From positions 1-35,300 of the forward strand of contig JASKZZ010000083.1 of the NCBI GenBank assembly GCA_030147335.1: 35,300 nt of DNA, written 5' to 3'. The notes beneath the pieces were generated by a model. The model saw only the letters and a list, made by a program, of their open reading frames with translations, made no database searches and had not been told where the DNA came from. Origin of the DNA: Herpetosiphonaceae bacterium. Lineage in GTDB: Bacteria > Chloroflexota > Chloroflexia > Chloroflexales > Kallotenuaceae. Of the stretch, positions 1-9,430 are shown in pieces (position 1 is the first letter of the stretch; each line of letters starts with the position of its first letter). The position numbers and the translations under genes were made by a program.

Positions 1-675
1 AAGGCGGCAAGCGGTGTTGATGCACTGGCCGTCCTCGGCGATGTCCTGCGCGGCCCTGATTACCAGAGCGACAAGGCCGGTGTTGCTGAATATTCGTGGC
101 ATAAGGCTGGTCGAGCAATTGATCTAAATATGAACGGCGGATTTCGCGTCGTTCCTGAGCGACTCCGTATTAATGGACGCACATACCAGTATCATCGCGT
201 GTATGTGCGCGATGTCGATATTACTGCAATTTTTCTTCGTCATGGCTGGACCCGCATTGGTGCACAAGGCAATGTGTCGGAGTGGTGGCATTTTGAATAT
301 CATCCGGAGCATGTGCCCTGGGCGGTCGCAATGCGACAGGTATGGAGCTTGCGCCAGCTTCAAGCAAGCTATCCTGATATTGCGTGGAAGCGCTGCCCGC
401 GTGGACCGCTGCCACGAATTACGGTGATAACGACGACTGCAACGCCAACGCCAAGCCCAACAGCAACGCCAACGGTCCCGCCAACACCGGAGCCGACTGC
501 AATGCCAACGCTTGTTCCGACCGTCGAGCCAACACCGGAATCGACCGCGATTCCAACGCTTGTTCCGACCGTTGAGCCAACACCGGAACCGACCGCGCAT
601 GAACCTGCGCCGTCGGAGGCTACCGACGCTCCTATTACTGAGCATATTCATGCCGAAGCAACGGCGACACCATAA
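1..675 (+). CDS. Peptidase M15 (VanY/LAS-type) cell-wall hydrolase, C-terminal part with Pro/Thr-rich tail; 5' end lies outside the window
   Basis: Frame 1 is open from nt 1, so track ORF 130..675 is only the first internal ATG. Nt 1-129 translate to ...AEYSWHKAGRAIDLN, matching the SxHxxGxAxD metal-ligand motif of VanY/M15 peptidases. SEWWHFEY supplies the second His motif. The tail is TPTP/EPTP low complexity and ends with TAA at 673-675. Confidence 0.7.
   Translation, partial: KAASGVDALAVLGDVLRGPDYQSDKAGVAEYSWHKAGRAIDLNMNGGFRVVPERLRINGRTYQYHRVYVRDVDITAIFLRHGWTRIGAQGNVSEWWHFEYHPEHVPWAVAMRQVWSLRQLQASYPDIAWKRCPRGPLPRITVITTTATPTPSPTATPTVPPTPEPTAMPTLVPTVEPTPESTAIPTLVPTVEPTPEPTAHEPAPSEATDAPITEHIHAEATATP
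505..600 (+). repeat. 48-bp tandem duplication (2 copies, about 44/48 identical) inside the PT-rich linker coding region
   Basis: Copy 1 is ccaacgcttgttccgaccgtcgagccaacaccggaatcgaccgcgatt (505-552). Copy 2 is ccaacgcttgttccgaccgttgagccaacaccggaaccgaccgcgcat (553-600). Both encode PTLVPTVEPTPE(S/P)TA. Confidence 0.85.
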
Positions 676-689
676 AGGGACTCAGCGTC

Positions 690-2288
690 GTGAAGCAAAG
701 CCGTTCAATTCATATCGTGCTAGCACTGAGCGTCATTGCCTTGTTGACCGGATGCGCCGGTGAGCTAACGCACGCTGACCTTAAAGCAACAGCAGTTATT
801 ACTCGCTGCTGGCCCGGTAACTTCCCAACACCGGCGCCCATTACCGTGACACCCGCGCTCCCTGTATCGACGACAACACCGGAAGCGGGAACACCGACTG
901 CCACTGCGCTGCCAACAACAACGCCGCTACCGCGCTGCGCGCCCCTGCCGGGACAACCGACGCTGATTCCATATCCAACAGCATTGCCGACCCCTGTCAG
1001 CTATCCTACAGATATACCTCGGCCAGTGCGTGGAGGCAGCGATACGCGCACGATTATGGATCTGCCGGGTGTCATTCACAACATTGATATAGCGGTTCAT
1101 CCGGCCTATGGCTGGCCAGCAGTTGTTGTGACCAATCAAGACTGGATGGGCTGGAGCGACTCAAACCGTCGGCGTATTTTTGCAATGGTGTACAACCCCA
1201 AAGCGCGTACCTGGGGCACAGGCTACCAGCTAAATCTGCCTCCGGAAGACGGCAATGGCGGGTACGGCGGTGCTGCTGTCGGCATTACCGGCGACGGAGT
1301 TGTGCATGTCGCATGGGGCGGCTCGTTCACACCAGATCGGCCCGTGTGGTACAGCCAAAGCTCTGACTACGGCGACACCTGGAGCGTGCCCATTAAGATC
1401 GGCCGTAACTGCTACAACGTTCAAGATATTGCAACAACGCTTGATGGACAGGTGCTTGTCCTTGCCTTATGTTCCCCTGCGAACGAGTCAGCATTCAATG
1501 TGCGACCGGGACTTATTCAGCGTCGCGCAGACGGTACATGGCTCCCGCAAGAAGAATACGATGTCGATGGCCGCTGGGGCAGTGTGGTCATTATGCGGGA
1601 CGGCGACGACGCCAGAGCGGTTGCCTTGCTCGCCAACCATGACAATACGGGAACAGGCTACATTTTACAAAAGCGATTGGGTGATACCGGTGAGTGGAAC
1701 GTACAATCGAAAGATCTGTCACCACCGGCAGGCTACACACGAACGGATGCTGATTATTATCTGTTCCGTGCTATGCCGTTCCGGCGTCCAAACGGCAGCG
1801 ATGGACTTGTGTTCACATGGTCCACCTATGGTGCAAACGCGGTGTATGCCATAACGTCGCTTGATGGTGGTCGTAGCTGGGGAAACACTGAGGCTATTGT
1901 TGCCTATCAAGAAACACCCGAAACAGAGCCGCAGCCGCTGGATTACCGCTACTCTGCGCCTGCGTATGATGCGGCGTCTGATCGTCTGGTCATGATGTAT
2001 GTCGGACGCGACATGAAAACTACGTTTCCCCAGGTCGGCACGCATTACGCGAGCTGGTCAGTTCCGGGAAGTGGCGTGTGGTCGCCATCAGAAGTGCCAG
2101 GCAACTACCAGCCCCATATTCCTGTTGTCACAGGCGCGGAGCGAGCGGCGTATACCGCAACTGCGCAAACCAATAATGCTAGTTTCTTCTGGTTGGCCTG
2201 GGTTGATCGGTATCAACAGGTCAAGGTGCGTTCTATGGATCTTAATCTGATTATCCCAATTGATCAATATGGGCGGGGAGGTTCGTAA
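690..2288 (+). CDS. Lipoprotein with BNR/Asp-box (sialidase-like beta-propeller) repeats
   Basis: GTG start lies downstream of AAAGGGA. Signal peptide carries the lipobox LLTGC, followed by a PT-rich linker. Asp-box motifs are SSDYGDTWS and SLDGGRSWG (S-x-D-x-G-x-T/S-W). The stop overlaps the next start (TAATG at 2286-2290). Confidence 0.6.
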   Translation: MKQSRSIHIVLALSVIALLTGCAGELTHADLKATAVITRCWPGNFPTPAPITVTPALPVSTTTPEAGTPTATALPTTTPLPRCAPLPGQPTLIPYPTALPTPVSYPTDIPRPVRGGSDTRTIMDLPGVIHNIDIAVHPAYGWPAVVVTNQDWMGWSDSNRRRIFAMVYNPKARTWGTGYQLNLPPEDGNGGYGGAAVGITGDGVVHVAWGGSFTPDRPVWYSQSSDYGDTWSVPIKIGRNCYNVQDIATTLDGQVLVLALCSPANESAFNVRPGLIQRRADGTWLPQEEYDVDGRWGSVVIMRDGDDARAVALLANHDNTGTGYILQKRLGDTGEWNVQSKDLSPPAGYTRTDADYYLFRAMPFRRPNGSDGLVFTWSTYGANAVYAITSLDGGRSWGNTEAIVAYQETPETEPQPLDYRYSAPAYDAASDRLVMMYVGRDMKTTFPQVGTHYASWSVPGSGVWSPSEVPGNYQPHIPVVTGAERAAYTATAQTNNASFFWLAWVDRYQQVKVRSMDLNLIIPIDQYGRGGS

Positions 2289-3550
2289 TGCGCCACTCGC
2301 TTAGCACCCGTGCGCGACTTGCAATCGCTGCCGTCGTTATTGTGCAAACACTGCTTGCGCTTGCCTGCGCGCCCACAACGGCAATTCCGACGAGCAGCGA
2401 GCCACGCTGGGCGTGTCCCAGCGTTACGCCACAGCCGACACGCGTTAAGGAGTCTCGGCCTTTGCCGACAACAACTCCAAGTGTTGATCCAGGCACGGAG
2501 GACACGTATTACGAGACGTGGGAACAAGAGTACGGCCATCCGATCATGACGCCAACACCCTATGCGCGAACCGGGTCCACGCATCTATTGGGCCAGCGGG
2601 TTGAAGTGTGGCCGTTGCATGTGCTGGTAACCGCACGCGACGGGGCGCTGGTTGGTGACAAGCAACTGCATACCATCCGCATTACCTGGCTCAATAATGG
2701 CTCAGAGCCGCTGCCGATGGATTATGTAACACGTGTGCGTCTGCGCGGTATTCGTAAGCCAAATGGGCAAATGGTGCTGACCGATGCGCCAACAACGGCT
2801 GCCGCGCGAACCGCATCCGGTTTACCGGAGTTGCCCGACATGATACCGCCGGGAGAAAGCACGGTTGACATCCCGATCATGTCGGAGCAGGGAACGACGG
2901 AAACCGTAGCGGTGTTGTTCCTTATGTCAAACTCTGCGGCAATGGCGCAAACGACAACCGCCCAATCATCAACACCAGTACCCACGCCAACGCCGACAGC
3001 AACAGGGAACACAGAGCTGCGCAACGACGATGGTTTGCCGCTCTTAACCGTGCAATGGAACAAAGGTGTTCAACAACCACCGTGCGATGATCCGGGCGTG
3101 ATTACCAATTGGGGCGACGGTGCCGCACCCGTTGCGGGGATTGCAGCGCCTGCCGGCGCTGATCGGGTTGTGCAAATCGCGCTCAACCAGGTTGGCAAAC
3201 GGTATGTCTGGGGAGCGAAAGGTCCAAATCAATTTGATTGCTCAGGACTTGTGCAATGGGCGTATGCGCAGATCGGCATTCGCATCCCGACTGGCACCGC
3301 TAATCAATGGCCTGGCCTGCCGGTCGTGTCGCCGTCACAGGCAAAGCCGGGCGACCTGATTTTCTTCGACACGCTTGGCGCTGGACGCATAACGCACGTC
3401 GGTATGCTTGCAGGCGATCTTAACGGTGATGGCAAGTGGGACATGGTTCACGCTGCTAGTCCCGAGTATGGCGTTCGCATAGATTACAGCGTATTTGAGC
3501 GTCCATATTACGCCAATATGTTCCGTGGCCTGCGCACGGTGCGAAGATGA
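2288..3550 (+). CDS. NlpC/P60 (C40) family peptidoglycan endopeptidase with N-terminal lipoprotein signal and an unknown middle domain
   Basis: GGGAGG RBS precedes the ATG. Signal and lipobox are LLALAC. The C-terminal block VGKRYVWGAKGPNQFDCSGLVQWAYAQIGIRIPTGTANQW...GDLIFFD...HVGML is the classic NlpC/P60 Cys/His core. Confidence 0.9.
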   Translation: MRHSLSTRARLAIAAVVIVQTLLALACAPTTAIPTSSEPRWACPSVTPQPTRVKESRPLPTTTPSVDPGTEDTYYETWEQEYGHPIMTPTPYARTGSTHLLGQRVEVWPLHVLVTARDGALVGDKQLHTIRITWLNNGSEPLPMDYVTRVRLRGIRKPNGQMVLTDAPTTAAARTASGLPELPDMIPPGESTVDIPIMSEQGTTETVAVLFLMSNSAAMAQTTTAQSSTPVPTPTPTATGNTELRNDDGLPLLTVQWNKGVQQPPCDDPGVITNWGDGAAPVAGIAAPAGADRVVQIALNQVGKRYVWGAKGPNQFDCSGLVQWAYAQIGIRIPTGTANQWPGLPVVSPSQAKPGDLIFFDTLGAGRITHVGMLAGDLNGDGKWDMVHAASPEYGVRIDYSVFERPYYANMFRGLRTVRR

Positions 3551-4230
3551 AACGTTGCACGTGCTCATTTGTTCGTTCTCTGTATCTGCGGTTGCAGCGT
3601 GTTGGCACCGTACTGCTGGCGTTGATTGCGCTGGCGATCCTGCCGATGCCAACGCTGGCACAAAGCGCCACGACAACATTAACGGTTCAAGTACGAGATA
3701 CCGCTGATCGACCACTCGCGGAGATCGCAGTACGTGTGGTTGGAGCGTCCAGTCGAGAACCGTTGGGGCAGGCAACCACCAATGCGAATGGTCTTGCAAT
3801 ATTTGATGCCATACCTGCGAGTGAGGTGCGTGTGGTGCTTGAAGGTACCCTGCCGAGTGGCACAGCGCTCACCTTGATCGGGCAGGATGCGACTGGTATC
3901 TATGCCAACCTGTCAACGTCAAGTTGGCTGATGGATCTGCGGGTTGATGAGGATGGTTCTGTCTTTCCTGATCTTGGATTGAACAGCGCAGGCGCTGCGG
4001 ACGGCGATGATCACGCTGCCATTATGGTCGGCACCATACCAGCAGCGATGGCACAAACTGATCCCAACCCGACCGAGCGTGTATCAGTCACCACTGAGTC
4101 CGCTGCTGGATATGCAGAACCTGCGACTGATGTGCAGGTGTCACGAGTCGAAATATTCATGAGCCTGCTACTGGCGTTGATCCTGATTACATCACTGGGT
4201 GCGCTTGTTGTTTTTGGCCGTCGTATTTAA
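3547..4230 (+). CDS. Secreted, C-terminally membrane-anchored protein with a carboxypeptidase-regulatory-like (Ig-like beta-sandwich) domain
   Basis: ATGA start/stop overlap with the upstream gene. Signal peptide is LLALIALAILPMPTLAQS. LTVQVRDTADRPLAEIAVRVVG...ATTNANGLAIFDAIPASEVRVVLEG resembles CarboxypepD_reg-type domains. The C-terminal TM is IFMSLLLALILITSLGALVVFGRR. Confidence 0.55.
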   Translation: MKRCTCSFVRSLYLRLQRVGTVLLALIALAILPMPTLAQSATTTLTVQVRDTADRPLAEIAVRVVGASSREPLGQATTNANGLAIFDAIPASEVRVVLEGTLPSGTALTLIGQDATGIYANLSTSSWLMDLRVDEDGSVFPDLGLNSAGAADGDDHAAIMVGTIPAAMAQTDPNPTERVSVTTESAAGYAEPATDVQVSRVEIFMSLLLALILITSLGALVVFGRRI

Positions 4231-4252
4231 CGGGTGATTGGAGCTAGGTCGT

Positions 4253-4693
4253 ATGTCCAAGATCACACAGCATCGCTTTGTATTCGTATTAATCACCAGT
4301 TGTCTTATGATAGGTGTGTTGTCCGGGTGCAGCATTATTTCCACGCCGAAAACGAGTCCTGATAACGTCCACACATCATTTCTCACGGCGCTTCAGAACA
4401 ATGACCGGACCAAACTTCTCGCGCTTTCTCACGACGAAACATATAAGACCGAAAATGCGGATAACCGCCTGGAAAAGATTCGATACGAAATGAGTTCCAC
4501 CAACCCGCGTACGGGTGGACTCCTGTCAAACATCGAAGTCGTGTCATTCTCAGCCGAAGGTGAGGGCAGACGGGGTATTAGCCGTTGGCATTATGCCAAG
4601 CGAACCATCTGCCACGATGCGTTGTTGGCGCAAACCGACAAGGGCTGGCGCGTCATTGCCTGGTACGAATTAGCTCAATGTCCCACTTCATAG
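4253..4693 (+). CDS. Small lipoprotein, possibly NTF2-like fold (function unknown)
   Basis: The track ORF starts at TTG 4238, but ATG 4253 sits 9 nt after GGAG (4240-4243). Lipobox is VLSGC. PDNVHTSFLTALQNNDRTKLLALS is typical of the first helix of NTF2-like lipoproteins (weak inference). Confidence 0.6.
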   Translation: MSKITQHRFVFVLITSCLMIGVLSGCSIISTPKTSPDNVHTSFLTALQNNDRTKLLALSHDETYKTENADNRLEKIRYEMSSTNPRTGGLLSNIEVVSFSAEGEGRRGISRWHYAKRTICHDALLAQTDKGWRVIAWYELAQCPTS

Positions 4694-4719
4694 TCTAGTA
4701 ACGTTTGGAGATATCAACT

Positions 4720-7362
4720 GTGCGCTCGCTCATCTTACCCCGGTTGCGATCCTTGCTCGCGTTGCGTATGCCCCGGTCTTGGCTGCGGCTATCGCGAAGT
4801 GAACAGGCGCTGCTTCTTCTTTCATGGCTGTGCACCATGTTGATCCTGCCCGCGCAGCGTGCAGCAGCATGTAGTTGGGACGATGTCGGATGCACCTTCC
4901 AGAGCTTTAGCTACCCGTTATATCTTGGCGTAGCGAGCTCGATCTGGACCCTTGATCGGATGCTGCTCATGTTGACCTACCAGCTTGAGCATATGCGCGC
5001 ATGGCTGATTGAGGTTGTGTTTACATCAGCTTACCAGACGTTAGCCGAGGCGATCCGTCCGGGTCTTGCTCCGATTGCCACGATTGCTGTCATTATCGGC
5101 GTGCTTGCCTTTTTGATCATGCCCGTTTTCGGCAAAATCGAGGTCGTGAACATTCGACGTGCCCTGGTCTGGATCGTTATCGCACCGACGCTGCTCACTG
5201 TAAGTGGCGCATGGCTGGCCCAGGTTGAAACGTTCCGAACAAACATCGGCGGTGTGTTGTTCAATGCAGCAGCTGGCGCGGCAGCAGGTGATATCTTCGG
5301 CGCATCCGCAGGTGATATGCCGACAGAAGCTAATCTGCTGTATGCTTCGCCCAGCAATGCGTGTGGCTCGACCATTGAGCGAGCCTTTCCGATGGAAGCA
5401 GGCGGACAACCCGTGCCACAGATGGATGATCTGGCTGCAACAATGTTGTATGCCGACGCCGTCGACATTCATTGCCCACAAAAGCGTGAAAGTCAGCCAG
5501 GCCGCGGCGTATTGCCGCTCAAGTTTTTCCAGACGCCGGAACCTAACTACGCGGTTGACGGCGATATCGGAAATTTCAGCGATGCTGAACGCGCCGAAGC
5601 AATCTACAACATCCAGGAAGGCATTAATCGCCTGTTGCTTGGCATCATTCCGTGCGTGCTTGCCGTTTGTTTTGCCTTAATCCAGCTCATCTTCTCATTT
5701 GCGCTGGTTGCGATCTGGATCAGCCTCCCGATTGGCCTGTTGTTCGTTTTCTTCAACGAAACTGCCGGTGGCGTTACCGGTATGTTCCGCCGCGTCGTTG
5801 GTGTGCTCCAGGCCAGTTGGTCCGCCAGTCTGTTGATGGGCATCGTTTTTGCGGCCCTGATTGCGTCAGCAAGAACCGGGAGCGCGACGTCGTATGCCGG
5901 CTTGTCGATTGGCGGCATTTTGATGTCCATCTATGTCATGAAAAGTGCCGTTGAAACCCTGCTTACCAGCATGAAAACCATCAGCGCATCGATCAGCAGC
6001 GCGGCAGGACTGAGTGACGGCGGCACGTTCACCAAAGCGGCAGCTGGCGTGATGGTCGGTGGCGTAGCTGGCGCAGTTGGCGCAGTTGGCGTAACCATGG
6101 CCACATCGTCAAGCATGGCAACGTCGGGAATGGTTGCGTATCGCGCAAGTGGCGGCAATGGACGATACGCTGCCGCTGCCGCGCTCGGCCGGATCAAGCC
6201 GGTGGCCCGGTTAGGCGAAGTGGCATCCATGATGGGTATTCAGAACGAATTTACCGAGGGCATGTACGCTTCTCAACTTGCTGCCAAAAACAAAGATAGC
6301 GGCACGGCGTGGCGAAAAATGCGCGATCTTACGGTGAAAGATCAGACGAAACGGCTGGGTGATGGTACAACAACGCTAGCCGAGCGGGCCGAAGAGCGTA
6401 AAGTGCGCAGCCAGCTTAAGGATCATGAACCGTCGATTGACGCGTTTACCGCAGCTCGCAATCAATGGCGCGCTGTTGGACGGGGTCTTAGCAAAGCAGG
6501 CACAGCCGTTGAAGACGCGGTGCTTAATCCTGGACAAACGGCTCGCGCAGCCCTCAATATTGCCGGTAAACCGCTCGGTCCTGCCCGTCGCAACATTGCT
6601 GCGCTTCGCGCCGATGCGCAATCACCACACACATCTGGTGGGGCACTTCGTGCCACTGCGCGTGCTGCGTCGCGCGGCTCATTCCGTAACCACGATATGA
6701 TGGGTGTCGTGCTTAATCGGGGAGACAACGGTCCTACACTCACATATGTTGATCGTGTGGCGGATGAGCTTATTCCCGAATCAGCAGTAACCGAACGCGG
6801 AACGTTAGCGCAACGGGCTGAATGGCTACGGGATGGGCATATCGTCCAGCGAAATACTGACCGCACCTTTACGCACTGGGATCAGAAAGAAACCCTCGAA
6901 CCGGCTGTTGCAGAACGTGACGATGATGATGAAATCGTCGCGGCAGCGAGTGTTTCAGATGATGACGATACGACATTGATCCCTGTTGTCAATCCATCCA
7001 GTCCACGCCAACGTGCCTTGAGTCGTGCGCGCGTGAACTCAACGGCTCGGTCGCTTAACCAAGCGCCACGCGATGCGGCAGGCACACGGCGCCGCCCACG
7101 CGCCATGTTGCATGCCGAGCGCGAACAGCGTACCCACATCGCAACAACGCTGCGTGAAGAACAGGCGCTGCAGGCTGAAACCGCACGACGAGGCGCGCAA
7201 CGTGAACGAGCGCATCAGGTGCGTGCACGTGGACGAACCACGGCCGCACAGCGACGTGACCAACATCGGTCTGCTCCAGCCGTGCCCATTCGCAGGTTTG
7301 GGTCAACCCGTGCCTACCAGCAATCAATGAATCGCCATCTTAATCCACCAACCAACTTGTAA
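4720..7362 (+). CDS. Polytopic membrane protein, VirB6/TrbL-like candidate, with a long Arg-rich hydrophilic C-terminal tail
   Basis: The track ORF starts at TTG 4705, but GTG 4720 lies 9 nt after GGAG (4707-4710). At least 7 hydrophobic segments are present, e.g. IATIAVIIGVLAFLIMPVF, LLLGIIPCVLAVCFALIQLIFSFALVAIWISLPIGLLFVFF and SLLMGIVFAALIASA. The last ~400 aa are charged or disordered. The VirB6 call rests on topology and context only. Confidence 0.55.
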   Translation: MRSLILPRLRSLLALRMPRSWLRLSRSEQALLLLSWLCTMLILPAQRAAACSWDDVGCTFQSFSYPLYLGVASSIWTLDRMLLMLTYQLEHMRAWLIEVVFTSAYQTLAEAIRPGLAPIATIAVIIGVLAFLIMPVFGKIEVVNIRRALVWIVIAPTLLTVSGAWLAQVETFRTNIGGVLFNAAAGAAAGDIFGASAGDMPTEANLLYASPSNACGSTIERAFPMEAGGQPVPQMDDLAATMLYADAVDIHCPQKRESQPGRGVLPLKFFQTPEPNYAVDGDIGNFSDAERAEAIYNIQEGINRLLLGIIPCVLAVCFALIQLIFSFALVAIWISLPIGLLFVFFNETAGGVTGMFRRVVGVLQASWSASLLMGIVFAALIASARTGSATSYAGLSIGGILMSIYVMKSAVETLLTSMKTISASISSAAGLSDGGTFTKAAAGVMVGGVAGAVGAVGVTMATSSSMATSGMVAYRASGGNGRYAAAAALGRIKPVARLGEVASMMGIQNEFTEGMYASQLAAKNKDSGTAWRKMRDLTVKDQTKRLGDGTTTLAERAEERKVRSQLKDHEPSIDAFTAARNQWRAVGRGLSKAGTAVEDAVLNPGQTARAALNIAGKPLGPARRNIAALRADAQSPHTSGGALRATARAASRGSFRNHDMMGVVLNRGDNGPTLTYVDRVADELIPESAVTERGTLAQRAEWLRDGHIVQRNTDRTFTHWDQKETLEPAVAERDDDDEIVAAASVSDDDDTTLIPVVNPSSPRQRALSRARVNSTARSLNQAPRDAAGTRRRPRAMLHAEREQRTHIATTLREEQALQAETARRGAQRERAHQVRARGRTTAAQRRDQHRSAPAVPIRRFGSTRAYQQSMNRHLNPPTNL

Positions 7363-7430
7363 CAACCTGCGCTACAACAACGAAGCAGACAATGAAATCT
7401 TTTACCACAATCACAGGAGAGTACGGACCC

Positions 7431-9428
7431 ATGAGACGCGCTTTGACGAGGGGTGTTACCCTCGCCGTCCTGGTCCTTTCGCTGGTAGCGGCGGGCTGGG
7501 CTGGAGCGCCCATGTCCTACGCCTCCAACGACATGACCCCGACGGCCACACCATCCGGCACTTCAGAAACGATGGTCACAACCTTCGCGAACGATCCAGT
7601 GCCACAACCCGATGCGTCCGAGCCAAATGACGGACGTGAACAGGCGACGCTGATCACGGTCGGCCAACGCATTGACAAGCTATCGTTCTGGCCCGTTGAT
7701 GATATCGACATGTATGCCGTTGACATCAAGGAAAATCAGATCGGTCAGCTGCTGGCGCTCGATACCTACCAGCAACTTGGCCTCGACACAAAACTTCGCC
7801 TGTTTTTTCAAGACGGAGCGCTTGTTGGTGAAAATGACGACCGCGCGGCAACCGATACAAGCAGTCATATCGAAATTGTGATCGCTGCGCCGGGACGCTA
7901 CATCATTGAAGTGACCAACCAGAGCCAGACACGTCCGGAATTCAAGACCTATAGCCTTGAAACGTCATGGAAGGTCGCGAAGGCAAGCGCAGCACCCGCA
8001 GCAAGTAGCCCGGCAGCGCCGACTACAGCAGACAAGCTGGAGCCGAATAACACCTGGGAAACGGCACGTGAAGTTCCGGTTGGTGAAATCGTTAAGGAGT
8101 TGAACTTTGTATGCCCGGATGCGTCGGGCTGCGCCGATAACGACTTTATCAAGGTCGCGCTCAAGGGCGGCGTGTGCTATCGCGTCGCGACAAGCGAGCT
8201 GGCCAACGGCCTCGACACCAACGTGATCGTGTACGGGCCGAATCGAGACATGGACCCCCCGCTCGCCGGGAATGATGATGTTGCAGCGGGCGAGTTCCGA
8301 AGCGAAGCGCGCGTTTGCGTTCCAGAAAGCTATGGCGCGACAAACGGTTACATTTTGGTCGGTAACGCCGGCAACCGCTTGCCACCAGAACCAATTGCAA
8401 CGCGAACGTATGCGTTGCAGGTGCACGTAGAAACGCCGCCATCGCCATCACCGTCACCTGTAGCAACGCCCGAACCTGCCCAGGCGAGCGCGCCTTCTGC
8501 TCCAGTGAAACCGGCACCGGTTGCTTCTGAGTCAGAGCCAGCAAAGCCAGTGAAACCTGCGCCGGTAGCGGCAGCGCCTGCCGCTCCGGTAAAGCCGGCA
8601 CCAGCACAACCAGCACCAGCACAACCAGCACCAGCGCCGTCTGCAGTACCATCTGCATCCCCGGCGACTAGCAGCAGTGCTCCCGCAACCAGTGGTGTCT
8701 CGACCGATATGGTATCAAAGATCAATGATGCGCCGAAGGGCGATGCGCTGGTTGTCGTAGAAAAGACTAATCTCCACGTCGCGCCGGGATCACGTACCGA
8801 AGTAATTACGTCCTTGAAGATCGACGAGCAGGTTAAGCTGTTTGGCGAAGCACAGGGAGCGTGGGTTCGTGTGCAGCCGTACACCGCCGTTGTTCCTGGA
8901 TGGGTGTATGCGGCTGACCTGAAGCCAATTGAAGGAACAATACGCAGCAAGCCAAAGGTACAAACTGGTCCGGTGGACATCACCACGCCAAGCGGTGATG
9001 GGCAAGTTCCATCATTTGGCACACCATCTACAGACGGATCAACACAGCCTGTCGGCTCTGCGACGGTTGAGCAACTTGATCCGGTAGCACCAGAAGCACG
9101 GCAGGTACCGCAAGCAGGGATGCCGGTTGCGGTCACGGTTGAGGTCATCGCGGCGACGACCGAACGCAAGGCATCCTCGTCGGCAGAAGCTCCGCCGCGT
9201 CCCATTGCAGGTGTTCGTGTCCAGCTCGTCAATGCGTTCGGCGATGTCATTGCTGAAGGCGTAACCGCAATCAATGGTCGCATTACCCTATCAGCTGACT
9301 TACCACCAAAGACCGCTGTATATATTCAGATTCCGGCAACTGGCGTGCAAACGTTGGTCAGTCAGGACCGTATCGCAAGTGGTAACTCGGTTATGACAAT
9401 TGCACTTCCGCAGGCCGACGTTCGCTAA
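7431..9428 (+). CDS. Secreted multidomain surface protein: two PPC (pre-peptidase C-terminal)-like domains, PA-rich linker, SH3b-like domain, carboxypeptidase-regulatory-like domain
   Basis: The track ORF starts at 7392, but ATG 7431 follows GGAGA and opens a signal peptide (MRRALTRGVTLAVLVLSLVAAGWAGAP). EPNDGREQA...DDIDMYAV and EPNNTWETA...DNDFIKV match the PPC pattern (EPN...A...D.DWY.F). VVVEKTNLHVAPGS...GAWVRVQ...GWVYAADLKP is SH3b-like. VRVQLVNAFGDVIAEGVTAINGRITL lies at the C-terminus. Confidence 0.6.
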   Translation: MRRALTRGVTLAVLVLSLVAAGWAGAPMSYASNDMTPTATPSGTSETMVTTFANDPVPQPDASEPNDGREQATLITVGQRIDKLSFWPVDDIDMYAVDIKENQIGQLLALDTYQQLGLDTKLRLFFQDGALVGENDDRAATDTSSHIEIVIAAPGRYIIEVTNQSQTRPEFKTYSLETSWKVAKASAAPAASSPAAPTTADKLEPNNTWETAREVPVGEIVKELNFVCPDASGCADNDFIKVALKGGVCYRVATSELANGLDTNVIVYGPNRDMDPPLAGNDDVAAGEFRSEARVCVPESYGATNGYILVGNAGNRLPPEPIATRTYALQVHVETPPSPSPSPVATPEPAQASAPSAPVKPAPVASESEPAKPVKPAPVAAAPAAPVKPAPAQPAPAQPAPAPSAVPSASPATSSSAPATSGVSTDMVSKINDAPKGDALVVVEKTNLHVAPGSRTEVITSLKIDEQVKLFGEAQGAWVRVQPYTAVVPGWVYAADLKPIEGTIRSKPKVQTGPVDITTPSGDGQVPSFGTPSTDGSTQPVGSATVEQLDPVAPEARQVPQAGMPVAVTVEVIAATTERKASSSAEAPPRPIAGVRVQLVNAFGDVIAEGVTAINGRITLSADLPPKTAVYIQIPATGVQTLVSQDRIASGNSVMTIALPQADVR

Positions 9429-9430
9429 TC

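Noticed and set aside
130-675. ATG 130 as the start of the first gene
   Set aside because: The frame is open back to nt 1, and the upstream codons encode the SxHxxGxAxD motif of the same peptidase domain. The gene starts outside the window.
7949-9283. Long minus-strand ORFs (8348..9283, 311 aa; 8161..8658; 7965..8426) antisense to the 7431-9428 gene
   Set aside because: They are shadow ORFs in a GC/PA-rich coding region. Their translations are Ala/Gly/Arg/Cys low complexity without RBS or motifs, while the + strand frame has a signal peptide and domain motifs.
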